Of a stretch of 64,000 nucleotides of DNA, positions 1 to 14,591 are shown in pieces. The notes beneath the pieces are model-generated. The model saw nothing but the letters and a program-made list of their open reading frames with translations, had not been told where the DNA came from and did no database searches. A program made the position numbers and the translations under genes. The first letter of the stretch is position 1. Each line of letters begins with the position of its first letter. Source of the stretch: Eledone cirrhosa (taxonomy: Eukaryota). The DNA is taken from positions 32,054,001-32,118,000 of the forward strand of contig OZ024744.1 in assembly GCA_964016885.1 (NCBI GenBank), read 5' to 3'.

Positions 1-47
1 TAGAAATAAAATTTACCTTGACCTGTGGGGGAATACGGAGGAGGTGA

Positions 48-851
48 TTGAATGGTTCTCAAGCATTAGTAACCATAGCTCCTCTTATGTTCGTCCAATT
101 TGATATTGATTCGTATTACACCTCTATCTATCCCATCCTTCTGAATAAGGCCCTCATCCTGGCCATGCAGAATAGTGATCTAACCAGATCCCAAATTGAT
201 ATCGTTCTTGCCGCACGTAAAACTAGAATCCTTTTTGAGGAGCAATTATGGACCCGGAAGAACACCCCTAACAACTTTGATATCACGATGGGTTCTAGCG
301 ACTCGGCACAGGTCACTGATTTAGTTGGACTTTACCTCCTCCATGAGCTGCATAAAACATTTCCGTATCTTCGAGGTGGATTATACCGCGACGACGCCCT
401 CCTCACCCTTGAGTATAAAAAATATAACATTGAAAGGACAAGGAAGGACTTGCGTAAATTCTTTAAAAACTTTAACCTTAGTATTCCCTTGGATAATAAT
501 AAGGCAGTTAATTTCTTAGATGTAACCCTTGACCTAGAAAATAAGATCTTCACACCTTATCATAAACCTAATGAAAGACTGACGTATGTGAATGTTAATT
601 CCAACCATCCTCAATCAGTACTAAATGCAATTGTTAAAGACCTATCTAATAGGATTAGCCGTTTGTCACATAGCGAGGACGCATTCAATTCTAATGTTGA
701 TTACTACAATGATGCACTGGCGAAGTCTGGCTATAGGAACAAGTTATATTACGTACCTAGCAGCTCCCAAACCACCCATGCTGGACCAAATAGTATAATT
801 ACGCACAAAATGTCAATGAATAAGAATAATAATAGAAATAGGAGTAGGTAA
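48..851 (+). pseudogene. Penelope-type reverse transcriptase fragment
   Basis: FVQFDIDSYY, ITMGSSDSAQ, GGLYRDD, VNFLDVTL and thumb motif YHKP...YVNVNSNHP; stops and an Asn-rich low-complexity stretch follow. Confidence 0.9.
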
Positions 852-1474
852 GGCTCTTATAGTAAATAATTTGGTCCGATCCCTACGGAATAGCCCTGCT
901 GTGCATCCTCCTCATACTCCTGCTAATAACACTAATAACGGTATGATGAGATCTAGAGTCACAACGCGCAGTAGGCCTGTTGAGGGTGGGGAACAAAACA
1001 ATGTGGGACATTCACAACAGGTAAATTATAGCAACAATATTGATGGCAGTAGGAGTAATGGTGGCTATAGCAGTAACCCTCTCTTATGAGGAAAATAGAA
1101 TGAATAAAAGATGACGTAACACTTACTTTAACCCACCCTACAACTCGGAAATCCTAACTAACCTTCCCAGAACCTTCTTCTTAATCCTAGAAAGGAACTT
1201 CCCGCTTGGCAGTAGATACCATAGTATAATCAATAAAAATACGATTAAGCTATTTTACTCCACCACCCCTAACCTAGCCTGCCACCTAGCACACACAAAT
1301 AAAAAGAAAATTAGAGTAGGGTTCGACACCATAACATCTGTAAGTAACCACCAACAACCTAACCTATTGGGAAATGTGTTACCCGATGATGGTAACGACA
1401 CATCAAAAGAACTACCCCCGCATCGGGAAAGTATTACCAACTAATCCTCCCGAAACACGAGGAGCAATACACAC

Positions 1475-1850
1475 CGCAACTGTAATTGTAGACGGGGGGA
1501 AAGTTGCCCTTTGAACGGCAATTGCCTCATGAGGAATATAGTTTATGCTTGTGATGTTGTGACGGCAACCTCCACTAAAACATATATGGGATCTACTTCT
1601 ACCCCCTTTAAGACTAGATACAACTCCAACAAATACACTTTTAGATACGATAGGCTCAGGAATACCACCCCCTGGCTAAATATATTTCCTTCTTAAAAAA
1701 CGCTAGTATTAATTATACCCTTAACTGGAGATTGGTAACTAAATCTACGCCCTACTGCCCCCCGAGCAATACTTGTAACCTGTGCCTTCTTGAGTCTCAC
1801 GCCATAATATACTCTAGATGTTACCTGCTCAATAGGAAATCTGAAATATT
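1475..1850 (+). pseudogene. Penelope GIY-YIG endonuclease remnant (frameshifted)
   Basis: CNCR..CPLNGNCL linker, then IVYACDV...TYMGSTSTPFKTRY; downstream CNLCLLE in another frame. Confidence 0.8.
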
Positions 1851-2939
1851 TTCTTCTTGCATACATAGGAATTTTTGTTCTTTTTACCAATTTAAGCCAA
1901 TTAGCTAGATCTGCCGGTTATCAATCCTTTCTCCGCTGGGACGTCATTAACTAGTGACTGAAAAGAGTAATACCCCGTATGTGCATTTTACGTCATGGAT
2001 TGGTGTATGTACACATCGCCATTGTAACGAACTGTAAAGCGGAAGTGTTTACTTTTTGTGGAGCCGGGTTCTTGGATTGTTGTGGAGCTGTCATGTATAA
2101 CTGGTGGATACCTACATGAGTACGACATCAATTGACAGACATGCTGATATGCCTGGTGGAATTAGGAATCTGATCTGAGCAGTTTTATGTGATTTTCTGT
2201 GTTGATTGTTGATCCACGTGCTGCGTGCGAGGGGTCAACGAGAATTTACTGCTGCATGTAATCAGGCAATTTTTGGGCGCGGTTGCGATTGGAATGCGGA
2301 GTGTGTTACATTTAATCTTAGGAGGATTTGGAGTTATAACTTGGACATGTAACACATCTCAATCTGGAGCTTCGAGCGTATGAGGATTTGGATGTGTATA
2401 ATCAGCTTGCAACACATAGCACCATATGTGCTGGTATGTATTGATGAATATATGAACACGGTTGGATTACCATCTACGGACCATCTTCATTTGATATGAC
2501 CTCTCGCCGACCGGATTACCATCTACGGTTGATCCACTTGTGTTATGACTTCTCACCATATAGGCTTTAACAGCGACTAAACCATGTGTGTTTTGATTGT
2601 TTCAGCTTGTTTTGATTGCCTCAGCTTGCCTATGTATTAACCCCGCTTTGTCTGTATTTGGCTCGGATCAGTGTGGTGCCTGTCCACACAATTCCAGAAC
2701 CTACTGCTTTACCCTGTTTGCGCATACTATGGGGTGGGGGATAAAATCCCCTTTGAACCTTCTGAAGATATGTTATGGATCTCATAGTATTCCATGACTC
2801 TAAGGCATGGGAAACCAATTCACCTATCCTCTATAGTAACTATTGCTTACCATTCTTTGTTGATCCTTCATATGCCTCAATTTATTTTTTCCTTTCCTCA
2901 TTTGTTTAATTACTATTATGTATTTTTTATTATTATCTT

Positions 2940-3055
2940 TTAATCCTTTAATTTTTTTAATTTTTTTAATTTTTTATAATTTTTAATTTTTAATTTTTAA
3001 TTTTTAATTTTTAATTTTTAATTTTTAATTTTTAATTTTTAATTTTTAATTTTTA
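2940..3055 (+). repeat. (TTTTTAA)n 7-mer tandem repeat
   Basis: Read directly from the sequence. Confidence 0.9.
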
Positions 3056-3507
3056 GGTTAAACATTTTTTTTATTTTCTTTTAAATATTTAAAAATATTT
3101 TTACTTATATTTTTGTAATTTTTAAATGTTTCAATTCCTTTAAAACATTTAAAAAGTTTTTTAATTATTTTTTAATAATTTTTAATTACTACCAATTATT
3201 TAAAATTACTTTTAAGTATTATTTTTAAATTATTTCTCTTAAAATTCTTTTTATATATATATATTTTTTTAATTATCTTTATGTGCTTAAGATTGCTTTT
3301 GTTTGCCTTCACAGTCTCTTGTGGGAAAATCTGCTTGTGTTATTGTATTATCATGGTTTGTTATAATGTTGACTATTAAACCCAGTACGCATTCTCTCCA
3401 TTCTTCTCTTATCCAATCTCACTCATGCTATCCTGTACAGTTTCTCTACTGTTCTGGTGACCAAGCTTGGTAGAGCTTATATTCAGCAATATATTTTTTA
3501 TTAATTA

Positions 3508-3554
3508 CGCTCTGAGGATACCTGCCCGACGGTATGGATGAAACATTGTTAGCG
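3508..3554 (+). ncRNA. Minimal hammerhead ribozyme-like motif in the Penelope 3' pLTR
   Basis: CGCT-CTGAGGA-TACC..GGTA(tggat)-GAAAC att GT-T-AGCG; stem II imperfect. Confidence 0.55.
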
Positions 3555-3702
3555 ATTAAAAATTGTATAAGTATGTAGGCGTTCTTTGATTTAGTTTTTC
3601 TATAACGGCTCTGTTTTGTACATTGAGCTAATACGATACCGTCACAAATATGACACTACGCAGATGTGCTTATGTTCATATGATCCGTTGTCTACGTAAA
3701 TA

Positions 3703-3985
<283 letters not shown>

Positions 3986-4056
3986 TAGTAGCTAAGATGC
4001 CTCCATAGGCGGTATGCCGGTTGAGCACTCTATGCTCTTACAGAGCAGAGTATGAT

Positions 4057-4284
4057 AGAATAGAAAACGAAAAATCAGTGATGCATCTGCACTCAATTTA
4101 TTGTGTGTTACAATTGTTTCGCCGGCGGACAGCTCGAAACACGATCATTGTGTGGGTCTGTCTGATTCTGGACCCGAATCAGACAGATCCACACAATGAT
4201 CGTGTCTCGAGCTGTCCGCCGGCGAAACAATTGTAACACACAATAAATTGAGTGCAGATGCATCACTGATTTTTCGTTTTCTAT

Positions 4285-4287
<3 letters not shown>
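4057..4287. repeat. Near-perfect fold-back (about 112-bp arms, 7-nt loop) carrying the 3' half of a hammerhead
   Basis: 4057-4168 is the reverse complement of 4176-4287; the arm contains GAAAC AATT GT-A-ACAC. Confidence 0.9.
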
Positions 4288-4352
<65 letters not shown>

Positions 4353-4380
4353 CATGTGTGTGTGTGTGCGTGTATATATA

Positions 4381-4430
<50 letters not shown>

Positions 4431-5285
4431 CCCTTTCAATTTCTGAACTCTCACACTTACCAAAAAAAAAGAGAAAATATATATCCTCTAATATCTGCAG
4501 TCTATCCTTTCAAACTCTCACAACATTTAAAGAATCGATACAACAACAAGAGCTTTTGATTTTTTTCAAACTTGAATATGTATATATACATAGAGATAAT
4601 ACGTATAACTATATACATATAATGAAGGTATGGTTTGAAGTAGTAAAGAAAATGTATGACCTACGATTGTAAGATTAAATATATGTGATTCAAATTGTGT
4701 TGTGAGGTCTTGGCTGTAGTTTAGCATATTTTAAGACCCCGGCAATATATCATCATAATAGCTCAATATTTTATTCACGAATGGTGTACTGAAAAAAAAT
4801 GAAGACATCAGACACATATATATGAGGAAAAAAAAATTATATATATGAAAATACATATATTCTACCGGAGCCTTGAGAAAGCAACACCAAATTTCATCCC
4901 GGAGCATATCAATGAATCGAAATAACAGAAGTAAGTTTTATTTCAACTGTTCAAATTCTAGCTATCTGATGAGGTCAAAGTAGTAGCATAATGGTTATCA
5001 CTAAAATATATCATATATTACAGCGAATATGATAAACGAAGTTAATATAACCTGTTGACTAATACTTCATGTTTATATATTTACTCCGGAGTAAACAGAC
5101 CCTCCCACGCACTCCGTCGAGTGCTCTATCCTGCACACTAAAGTATCGGTGATTAACCAATACATACTCGAATTAATACACACACACACACACACATACA
5201 TATATATATAGTTCGAGGAGACAATAAACTGCGGTACAAAAAGTCTTATTAGTTTCACGCTTTATATTGGAAAGATGAAAGAAAT

Positions 5286-5320
5286 TTCGACGTGTCGGGC
5301 TTAAACCCTTCTTCAGGAGT
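5286..5320 (-). ncRNA. Degenerate hammerhead motif
   Basis: Reverse complement reads CTC-CTGAAGA-aGGG tttaag CCC-GACAC GTC; GAAA is mutated to GACA. Confidence 0.4.
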
Positions 5321-5329
5321 ACAACATAC

Positions 5330-5418
<89 letters not shown>

Positions 5419-6885
5419 AAGAGCTGAAATCCAGCTAGGATCAACTTTGTCTTTCATCCTTTTATCGGGGTCGATAAAATGAAGTGGCAGTAATTCGCTG
5501 GGGATGATTTAATCGAATGTATCATCTATCTAACAATGTGTATGGTGTTATACCTCTTTCATTAATAATTATTGGTTGTTTTAAAACTAATTTAAAAATC
5601 ATAAATGAAATGATAACATCTATATATAAATTTGATCGACTTCCGTCCGCCAGTCACACAATGTGTGTGTATTTGTATGAATGTATGTGTGTGTAAAAGG
5701 AAGGAAGAGGATGCTGAAAAAACTATAGACAAGCACCGACTGGCCTTTCATTTGCTACGCTATGTGAGTGTTTGTGTGTGTTTGTGTGAATGCATGTGTG
5801 TGTTTGTGTAAAGGTATGTGTGTTTGTGTGAATGTATGTCTGTGAGTATGTATGTTTATAAGCGTGTCTGTGTTTGCACGTTTATATTTATATATTTATA
5901 CATATAAATGTATGCATCTGCACATACACACAGACACAGATATACACTCATTTATATTTATATACTCATACATATAAATGTATGCATATGCACATACACA
6001 CACACACACACACACATATACACATACGTGTCAGCATGTGGAAAGAAATCCTAGTCTTTAAAATCAACCAAACAAACAAAATGTATTAAATAAAATTTCG
6101 TATTCCCGTTTTAGTGCGAACGTTAGATACTTCAATATCAACTAAAAATAATTTTCTCTTTTCTGCTTAAACTGAAGTTTTTTGTGTTGTTTCAGGGAAT
6201 CATATAGCAATCCTTGGTGAAATATATATATATATATATATATATCCACTCACAAACGAAACAAAAACCAAATCGCCTCACGTGTAACCCAGCTATACAA
6301 ACAAGACCCTTATACTTACTTCATGCTGTGTTGACATTCCTGAAAAGCCACACGAACCTTCCTTTTTCTGCTTACATCTTCTTCAGATACCATGCCAACA
6401 ACACAGAGAACAGTTATCTGTAACAGACTCATTGCACATGTATCATTAACCCCCACAAACACCCACCCACCCAGACACACACATACATACATACATACAT
6501 ACATACATACATACATACATACATACATACATACATACATACATACATACACAGTTACTATATCATTTAAAGATGTATTGCGGTCAGCTAACATGAACTC
6601 CGTCACTAATCCACAGCAGCTGATACCTGACTCCCCCTCTCTCTCTCTCCCTCTCTCTCTCTCTCTTCCATTAGAATGTGGCCAAGCTTTGGCAGTGTTT
6701 TTACCTCTGAATACGGAAATCAAATGAATTGATCACCAATAGTCTTTTTCAATTGCTGAAACTTTAGAGACGACACATATTGGAATCTGATTTCGGTAGT
6801 TGGAAGAACGGTCAGTATCTATTTTGTAAATGTAGAAGAAACAGTTTTTAGACTCATTCTCTCTTATATACACATATGCACCATG

Positions 6886-7030
6886 TGAAGGTGCAATGCT
6901 TAGTGGTTAGAGCATTGGGCTTGCAATTGAAAGGTTGTGAGTTCAATTATCGGACCGGGTGATGTGTTGTTTCCTTGAACAAGACACTTTATTTCACGTT
7001 GCTCCAGTTTACTCAGCTGTAGAAATGAGA
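6886..7030 (+). mobile_element. tRNA-derived SINE (family with CCTTGARCAAGACACTT body)
   Basis: A-box-like TAGTGGTTAG, B-box-like GAGTTCAATT; related minus-strand copy at 56208-56332. Confidence 0.7.
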
Positions 7031-7699
7031 TGATAGGACTGTGGTCCCTATCATTAAATTACCCAAGGCGCCTCCAACGCGATATACCTTGGAGGAGGCC
7101 AGCTAAACCTGCAGCTGGTGTATGTGAGCACACATACACCAGGTCCAAACACAAAGAACCAAACTTCCACTGTTACTGCCTCCGTCTCTCCTGCTCTCCA
7201 TCTCTCACTATAAGCAAATGGGGGCCCACGCGCTGGCCACCCCGCGGTTACGGCAGACAGAATGGAGGAGATTTACCCCCGGAGGATGGTGAGGGAGACG
7301 CGCTGGAAGAGCCATTCCAGCTTTCGCAACTTCTAGAAGATAGAACATGCGAAATAAAGTATTTAGCTAAAGAACTCATCACACTGCTCGGTCCAGGAAT
7401 CGATCCCACAATCTCATGAGCGTAGGTCCAATAAAATAACTACTAAATTACAAAATTAGGCAGAAAACTAAAAATGTTGTGAGAAGGCGAACAGTCGATG
7501 ACAACAATTTGAGTTCCAAACAAGGTAGAATGAAAAGCAAAATTGATATCGGCGGAATTTGAACATAAAAAGCCTGAATAAATATCGCCAGGAAGTTATA
7601 AACCAGCGCCATAATGATATTGTGAAGCCACTGCCCTTGAATGCATAAATAATGATTTCCGATATAGGGCACGTGGTCCAGGATAAATGAATGTTAACA

Positions 7700-8405
7700 A
7701 TTATACTTCTTCGGCCGAGTTTACACTCGCAAAGATTCAGCACGCCCTTTCCAACCGTCTCGGCCGAGCATGACATTTCTCAGTTCATCGATGTTATCAA
7801 TGTTGGCATCTCTCAGCAGGGTATCAATGAATGAGACGGTCTGTCTTCCCACACTTCTTTGTTCGACCACCGGTTTCCAGAGCACAAGTTGGGATACTAT
7901 CTCTTCTGGATGATGGATACAGTGCCCAGCCAGTTTCATTTGTTAGCAGGCAACTTTTTTTGAGACTGGTGGTAGTGATCTGTATAGTTCCTTATTTGTC
8001 AGCTTGTTTCCAAGAAATCTTGAGAGCCATTCTCAACATCCTCGTGTAACATCCGTCAAGTCTCTTGTATAGCTCTTTGTCAATAGTCCAGGTTTCATTG
8101 CCATAAAGCAAGATGGACTCAACAGTTGCTAGGAAGAGGCGCTCCTTGATTTTGCGGTTTAGGTCAGACTTCCACACCTTCAGTAGCTTGTGGCATGCCG
8201 ACCATGCTAATGCTTTTCTAACTTCAAAGTCCTTGCGTGAGCTGTGCATCCATGCACAAAGATAATTAAAGTTCTCAACTGTTTTGATTGTTGTACCATC
8301 CTTAGCAAGAACTGGAGCTGGATCAACCTGATTGTAGTGCATGATTTCGGTCTTCTTTGCATTTTAATGCAGTCCTATTTTACATGATTCAACTTCGACA
8401 CGTGT
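7700..8405 (-). mobile_element. RTE-like LINE, 5'-truncated 3' fragment
   Basis: ORF 7992..8342 NFNYL...ATVESILLYGNETWT...LDGCYTRMLRMAL, continued by 7721..7939 LAGHCIHHPEE. Confidence 0.85.
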
Positions 8406-9329
8406 GAGATACTAAAAATCTAAAATAAAATCACAATAATAAAAACAAAAGATAGATGAATAAGTAGGAACTAAAATGAGTGAACAAAAAGGTAGATGGG
8501 TTGATCAATAAATGATATCACAAACCACCCTGAAAGGAAAAAAGAAAAAAGGAAAATGAAAAACAAAGAGTGAATATCTAGACAGAGTATCATATATTTC
8601 AGAGAATCACTATTAGGGTCCTGTATAGAGAAATCAAAATACTTTGGTATTGTAAAAACATTAAAAAAACTAGAATGTATGGGCAATTTGGGTATATGTC
8701 TATAGGATGCATGTGTGTGGGGTGGGGGGAGGGGTTTGGTACACATACGCTTTTGGTTGTGTACGATGTTGTGTGTGTATGTATGCGTGTGTGTGTATGG
8801 ACATGTTTTGTGCGTACGTGCGTTCTTATATGTGCTAAGTTATATTGGAACAGTGCGCCTAACCATCGGGTCAAGTGCTCAACAAATCATCGGGCTACTC
8901 CAGTGTACTGGCAGCCTGCACTCCCGTGGCCGGTGCGGACTTATGCTATCTCCTTATTCATCGGTGGAAAAAGTATATTTCCTGTAGTGTCCGTATGCCA
9001 TGATAATCTCAGACTTGAGGTTAACCGGGTTTTGTTTTAATTTCACAATTCCTGTAGGTTCTGCCACACAGAGTTTGCAATGGCTACCAGCCACAGAATA
9101 TGGGGCCGCTTATTAGACTGCACTCCAGTGGAGTTTGAAGCTTGTGTTGTTTTCTTTTAGCCCCCCCCCCCTATTAGACCCGCTTGCCTTGTGGAGTACC
9201 ACTTGGTCCTGTCTTTGAAAGGGTTTGTGTGGTTGTGCATCCTCGATGTGGATGTTGCGCCGATATGATCGTGTACCCTGTTCTGCGTTTATACGATATA
9301 TATATATATATATGTAAAAGGCGAACAGC

Positions 9330-9674
9330 AATAACATAGCAATTGACTCAGTAAAATGAAGAAATATATTGTTTATTTTACGCTTGATATAGCAGGAAAA
9401 GAGTCTTCAGACGCTAGTCCTTTATCAGAAAATAAAATGAGAAATTAATTAAGAAACAGAGAAGGAACGGAAAACAAAGAGGAGACTGGGCAGTGGCAGA
9501 AACGGAAATAAAATTTCTTGAGAAAAAAACAGATCTATTCGCGTCGACAACTTTTGGAAAAATTGTTGATGTTTGCATTGATGTATAAGATGATCTTGTT
9601 TTTAAAAGACGGTGATCGAACGCGTCTAGTTGAAAAAGAAAACAAAATTGAAGCCAAGAGGATATATGTGTAAG

Positions 9675-9711
<37 letters not shown>

Positions 9712-10549
9712 GTTTATAAGTACGAAGCTGTGAGGATAAGTTTATGGGGATGTGTGTCTGTTAGTTGTTAGTCAATACAGAGCTGTGCAGGTAAGTGTAG
9801 AGGTATGTGGTTTTTTTTTGTTGGTTTGTATAAGCTGTTACAGTGTGTTTCTGACCACAACAGCGCCATAGGAACCAAGGGAGTGAATGTACAGAGGAGG
9901 AGGTAGAAACGACAGTGGCTAGAAGTGTAGAAGTCAGCACAGACCTACGTGTGCAAGATTAAAGAAATTGGGGAGGGGAGTTGACTCCATTAGGGAAACT
10001 GGACCCAAGGAAGAAAATCAGACTGCTCAGTACGTAAGACCATTAAGCCGTAATGTAAAAGGACACCAAGGAGTGAAACATGTAGGGAGTAGTGACCTGG
10101 GGAACGTAAATGACGAGCGATGGGGGTATCCATGTCGACCCGTATGACCCTCAAATGTTCAGCGAAACGGTCCACCAGACGGTGGTGTGTTTGTCCGATA
10201 TATATGGACTCATAAAGAGAAGATAGGGTATACGGAAGGAATCGTTAGTGCCTGTGAGAGTAGTGAGGTTGGAAATGTTACAGCGGGGACGAAAATAGGG
10301 CAGGAGTCGGGTGGAGTTTTAGGAGAGGACCTGAAAGAACTGCATACCAGGAGGTCGCGGAGATTACGGGAGCGCTTAAAGGTGGTGATTGGTGGGTTTT
10401 GGAAATAAGCGAGAAGTAACGGGGTTAGAAGAGAGGGTGTGGGAGGAGCGAAGGATATCTCACCAGAGAGGTAGGGTGAAGGGGTGGTAGGTGAGAGGGG
10501 AAAGGAAAGTGGGTGTTGGGAGGGTGGTGATGGGGTGCAAGGGCCATGG

Positions 10550-10583
<34 letters not shown>

Positions 10584-11230
10584 TATGTTGGACTGAAGAG
10601 TTGGAGACAGAGGTGGTGAAGGTGGGGGTAGGATGAAAAGACTGGACAAAAGAAAGGAGTCGAGCTAATCACGAGAGAGAGGGAGAGGGGGAGAGGGGGA
10701 AGAGAGAGGGGGGTAGAGAGAGAGACAGAGAGGAGGATGGGAGAGAGCGGGAGGGATAGAGAGACAGAGAGAGAGACAGAGAGAGAGACAGAGAGAGACA
10801 GAGAGAGACAGAGAGAGACAGAGAGAGAGAGAGAGGGGTAGGGAGATGGAGGGAGGGACAGAGAGAGAGATAGAGGGGGGGGGGGTATCAATTGTCAATG
10901 TGTCGATGTAACAACCGTATAGGTCAAAGGTCGGCCCTGTGTACTTGATGAAGATCAAAACTTCAACATAGCCAACGAACAAGTTGGTGTAGTTAGGGCC
11001 TATTCTTGTACCCATAGTTACGCACCCCTCGTACACCAACCATCTACTTCCTTCCTAACATACATAATCCCGATAATCCCAGCCGCCCTATCGTTTCCGC
11101 CTATAACTGGCCCACCGAAATAATCTCCCAATACCTTGACAACCCTAGCCCCCCGCCCCTCACGATCTAATCATGTCTTTCGACGGTTTAACTCCTTCTT
11201 CTCTTCTGGTCCTTCTCACCTTTTTTCTAC
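9330..11230 (-). mobile_element. Decayed Penelope-like element, internally deleted and interrupted by microsatellites
   Basis: GCVTMGTRIGPNYTNLFVG...YID (RT) at 10900-11039; DRFAEHLR...PIARH (GIY-YIG C-terminus) at 9990-10175; degenerate hammerhead/pLTR at about 9380-9430 homologous to 14690-14760. Confidence 0.8.
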
Positions 11231-11467
11231 ATCGTCATCGCTCACAATGATATACACACACATATATACATATATATATATATATGTGTGTGTATGTGTG
11301 TGTGTGCGCGCGTGTGTGTTTGTGTGTGGGGAGGAGGGTGGTACATATATATATGTATATATATTTATATATATATATATACACATGCATACATATATAT
11401 ATGTGTATATATTTATATATATATATATATATATACACATGCATACATATATATATGTGTATATATT

Positions 11468-11498
<31 letters not shown>

Positions 11499-11811
11499 GC
11501 ATACATATATATATATATACACACAACCCATATATATATGTAGTGGACAATGTGTGAAATTCTTGGTACAGTTAGGTATATTTTAAAAAAGGAAAAGAAT
11601 GACTTCTAATAGATCTATCAAGCAAAAGTGTAAAATTATTAAATCGAATTGTTTCGAACACCAACTACAAATACCGGCCGCACTCCGATAGGTTTGCGGT
11701 TGTACCTCTGGCAGTGGAGACTTCTGGTGTCCTCGACCTTAGGGATACCTCTCTGCTCACCAACATAGGCGCTGAGCTCTTAAGAGTCAATGGACATACA
11801 AAATCACCGGG

Positions 11812-12219
11812 AGAGATGACCCCTTAGCCTTTGTCAAGGCAGAATTCTAGGAGAAGGAAAACTCTGATATAACACCTGCAACCCTGATGGTATCCAATGA
11901 TGTTGACTTGTTCTTCTTTTTGGTAAATATCATCTTGGTTAAGAGAGTGGGACTGGCTTTGTGCAGTGCCTTTGCTCACTATAAAAGCTTCACGGCACAG
12001 GCATTGCTTTATATCTGGAGATCTCTCTGCACTTGTTGTCACATGGTACCATGGGCCCAGCATTATGTGTCAATAATTGTCACAAGTGTAGTGTTTGTAC
12101 CAGAGTTTTCAAGTCGCTGGCTGGACTAAAAAGCCACACTCGTTCAGCGCATCGGTAGGGGTTCTCCTACATGGATATAAAGTAGTGGCCGTACTCGAAA
12201 ACGAGTTGGCAGCCACCAT
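11812..12219 (+). repeat. Dispersed repeat, near-identical to 63501-63907; contains an RTE-like 5'UTR motif
   Basis: Direct comparison shows only a handful of substitutions; motif CTAGGAGAAGGAAAACTCTGA recalled from RTE-like 5' UTRs. Confidence 0.8.
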
Positions 12220-12872
12220 GTATGTATGTATGCATGCATGCATGTATGTATGTAGGCATGCATGTATGTATCTACGTATGTATGTATATGCATGTTTTAG
12301 CTTCTGTCCCATAACTTAGCGGTTCCAGGAAAACTGATCGATGAGCAGATTTAACCTGAAATACATAAGTACTGAAGTTCTTGTAGTATGCTATATACTC
12401 AATGGTTATAGAGAGAGATCGAGACTGGCGAGCAAGACTAAGGCACCATTTACAGTTTTATGAATTGCCTCCAGGCCACCGGGAAAACGTCTAAGGGGGC
12501 AACCCCGAACAACATTCAGTACTGTCTAGTCAGGATCCCTACAGTCACATGCTAGGCTGTCTTTTCTATTCTATATCATCACCAACGAAATCTCTTGAAA
12601 GCAGTGCCCCAACATGGACACAATCTAATGACTGAAACTACTAAAATCATGCGTGTTGCGAGCTCATATTTAGACATCCATGCTCAGATACGCTGGTACA
12701 ACGTATTTTACTGGGGGTTAAATACCATTTGAACATATATATCTCACAGGAGCGTCATCATTTATACAACCACATACTTCTAAGTGCACACACATAAGTA
12801 GACACACGGACTCACACACACACAAACACACACACACATACACACACACGTAGATATGCTTGTGTATGCATA

Positions 12873-12920
<48 letters not shown>

Positions 12921-13559
12921 CGTATACACACACATACATATATTCAGATATCTGAGTACCAGTTCGCATATATTACTCATATACACACTCACAAACACGA
13001 ATACTTACATACATACGTACGTACAAACATACATACATACATACATGCATACATATATACATACATGCATACATATATATATATATTTACGTACACGTGT
13101 GGACCCAACACCCACAACACAACACGAGATACGTTCATATATATAACTACAAACATACGTGTAGGAAATTAAAGGAAATTCCCAAGAGGGAGGAGGGGGA
13201 AGTTCGAATTAACAACGAATAGAAGAAGAAGGCGGTGGTAAGCAAATGAATGCAACCCCCTCAAAGAAAGAAATAGAATAACAAAAGAAGAAAATTAAGA
13301 AAAATTAAAAGAAACAAACTAAAACAACCCCACCGACCGAAAAAGCAACAACAAAAACAAGAAAACTAAAAAGAACAAAAACAGGTGTTTTAAAGTAAAA
13401 CAGGAAACACTAATGTATAAATAATTTCTGAATGAATGAAAACAGAATTTCTGTGTTAACTAAATTATGGAATCAATCACTTTACCGAATTCTCGTAGAA
13501 TTATACCACACCAAAATTAGAATGCGTGAATGATAATAGCACTTGCATTTTGCCACATG

Positions 13560-13635
<76 letters not shown>

Positions 13636-13637
13636 CA

Positions 13638-13673
<36 letters not shown>

Positions 13674-13699
13674 CATGTATATATATATACCTGTGTGTA

Positions 13700-13775
<76 letters not shown>

Positions 13776-13921
13776 TTTTGAGTTTATGTTGGTTGTATAC
13801 CAACACCTCAGTATGCAGGCTGGAGCACTCGACGAAGTGCGCAGGTTGGTTTGGTTACTCCGGAGTAGTGTAAAATAAAGTTAAATAAAAGTCAAATGAT
13901 TAAAATTTAGCTTCGTTTATT

Positions 13922-13976
13922 ACTGCTATATATATTTCAGTGACAGCCATCTTTGGCTGTGACCTCTTCAGGCAGT
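13922..13976 (-). ncRNA. Hammerhead ribozyme (type I, minimal stem III)
   Basis: ACTGC-CTGAAGA-GGTCACAGCC aaagat GGCTGTCACT-GAA ATATATAT-A-GCAGT. Confidence 0.85.
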
Positions 13977-14487
13977 TTGAATTAGTATGGTATAGACAAG
14001 TACATATGTTGTTTAGGTGTATGATATTGTCAATACTCTGATATGCCCAGTTCCTTGTTGGGTTGTTAATTCACAGGGGAACTGGAGTCATATGAATTCA
14101 AACAAACGAATTTTAGTGTCACAGGTCCCCTTCTCCTCTCATTGGTCAGTTATTTTATCAGGTAGGGGGATGTCCTTCAGTGACGCTAAGGTTGCCAGTT
14201 TATCCATAGTGACTTAGGTCCGCTACTGTTTGAAGCGCTCAACCCGTGTGGGAGCTAGATAGATTTTGAGTTTATGTTGGTTGTATACCAACACCTCAGT
14301 ATGCAGGCTGGAGCACTCGACGAAGTGCGCAGGTTGGTTTGGTTACTCCGGAGTAGTGTAAAATAAAGTTAAATAAAAGTCAAATGATTAAAATTTAGCT
14401 TCGTTTATTACTGCTATATATATTTCAGTGACAGCCATCTCATACACCTAAACAACATATGTACTTGTCTATACCATACTAATTCAA

Positions 14488-14542
14488 ACTGCCTGAAGAG
14501 GTCACAGCCAAAGATGGCTGTCACTGAAATATATATAGCAGT
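14488..14542 (+). ncRNA. Hammerhead ribozyme (inverted copy of 13922-13976)
   Basis: Same core and stems on the + strand. Confidence 0.85.
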
Positions 14543-14591
14543 AATAAACGAAGCTAAATTTTAATCATTTGACTTTTATTTAACTTTATTT

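Larger units (their letters stand above)
1..3700 (+). mobile_element. Penelope-like retroelement (RT + C-terminal GIY-YIG + long 3' region/pseudo-LTR), decayed, runs off the window start
   Basis: RT motifs in ORF 48..851, GIY-YIG remnant at 1480-1830, hammerhead-like motif at 3508-3554, ends at a (TA)n tract. Confidence 0.85.

Noticed and set aside
849-1115. Stops in the Penelope ORF as possible selenocysteine recoding (Naiad-like)
   Set aside because: The first stop is TAA, frameshifts are present, and the endonuclease is C-terminal; ordinary decay explains it.
4962-5010. CTGATGA hammerhead-like core
   Set aside because: No matching stem II, GAAA, stem III or stem I found downstream.
11670-11800. 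Possible HDV-like ribozyme (GGT-GTCCTCG-ACC) at an RTE-like 5' end
   Set aside because: Could not build convincing P1, P2 and P4 pairings by eye.
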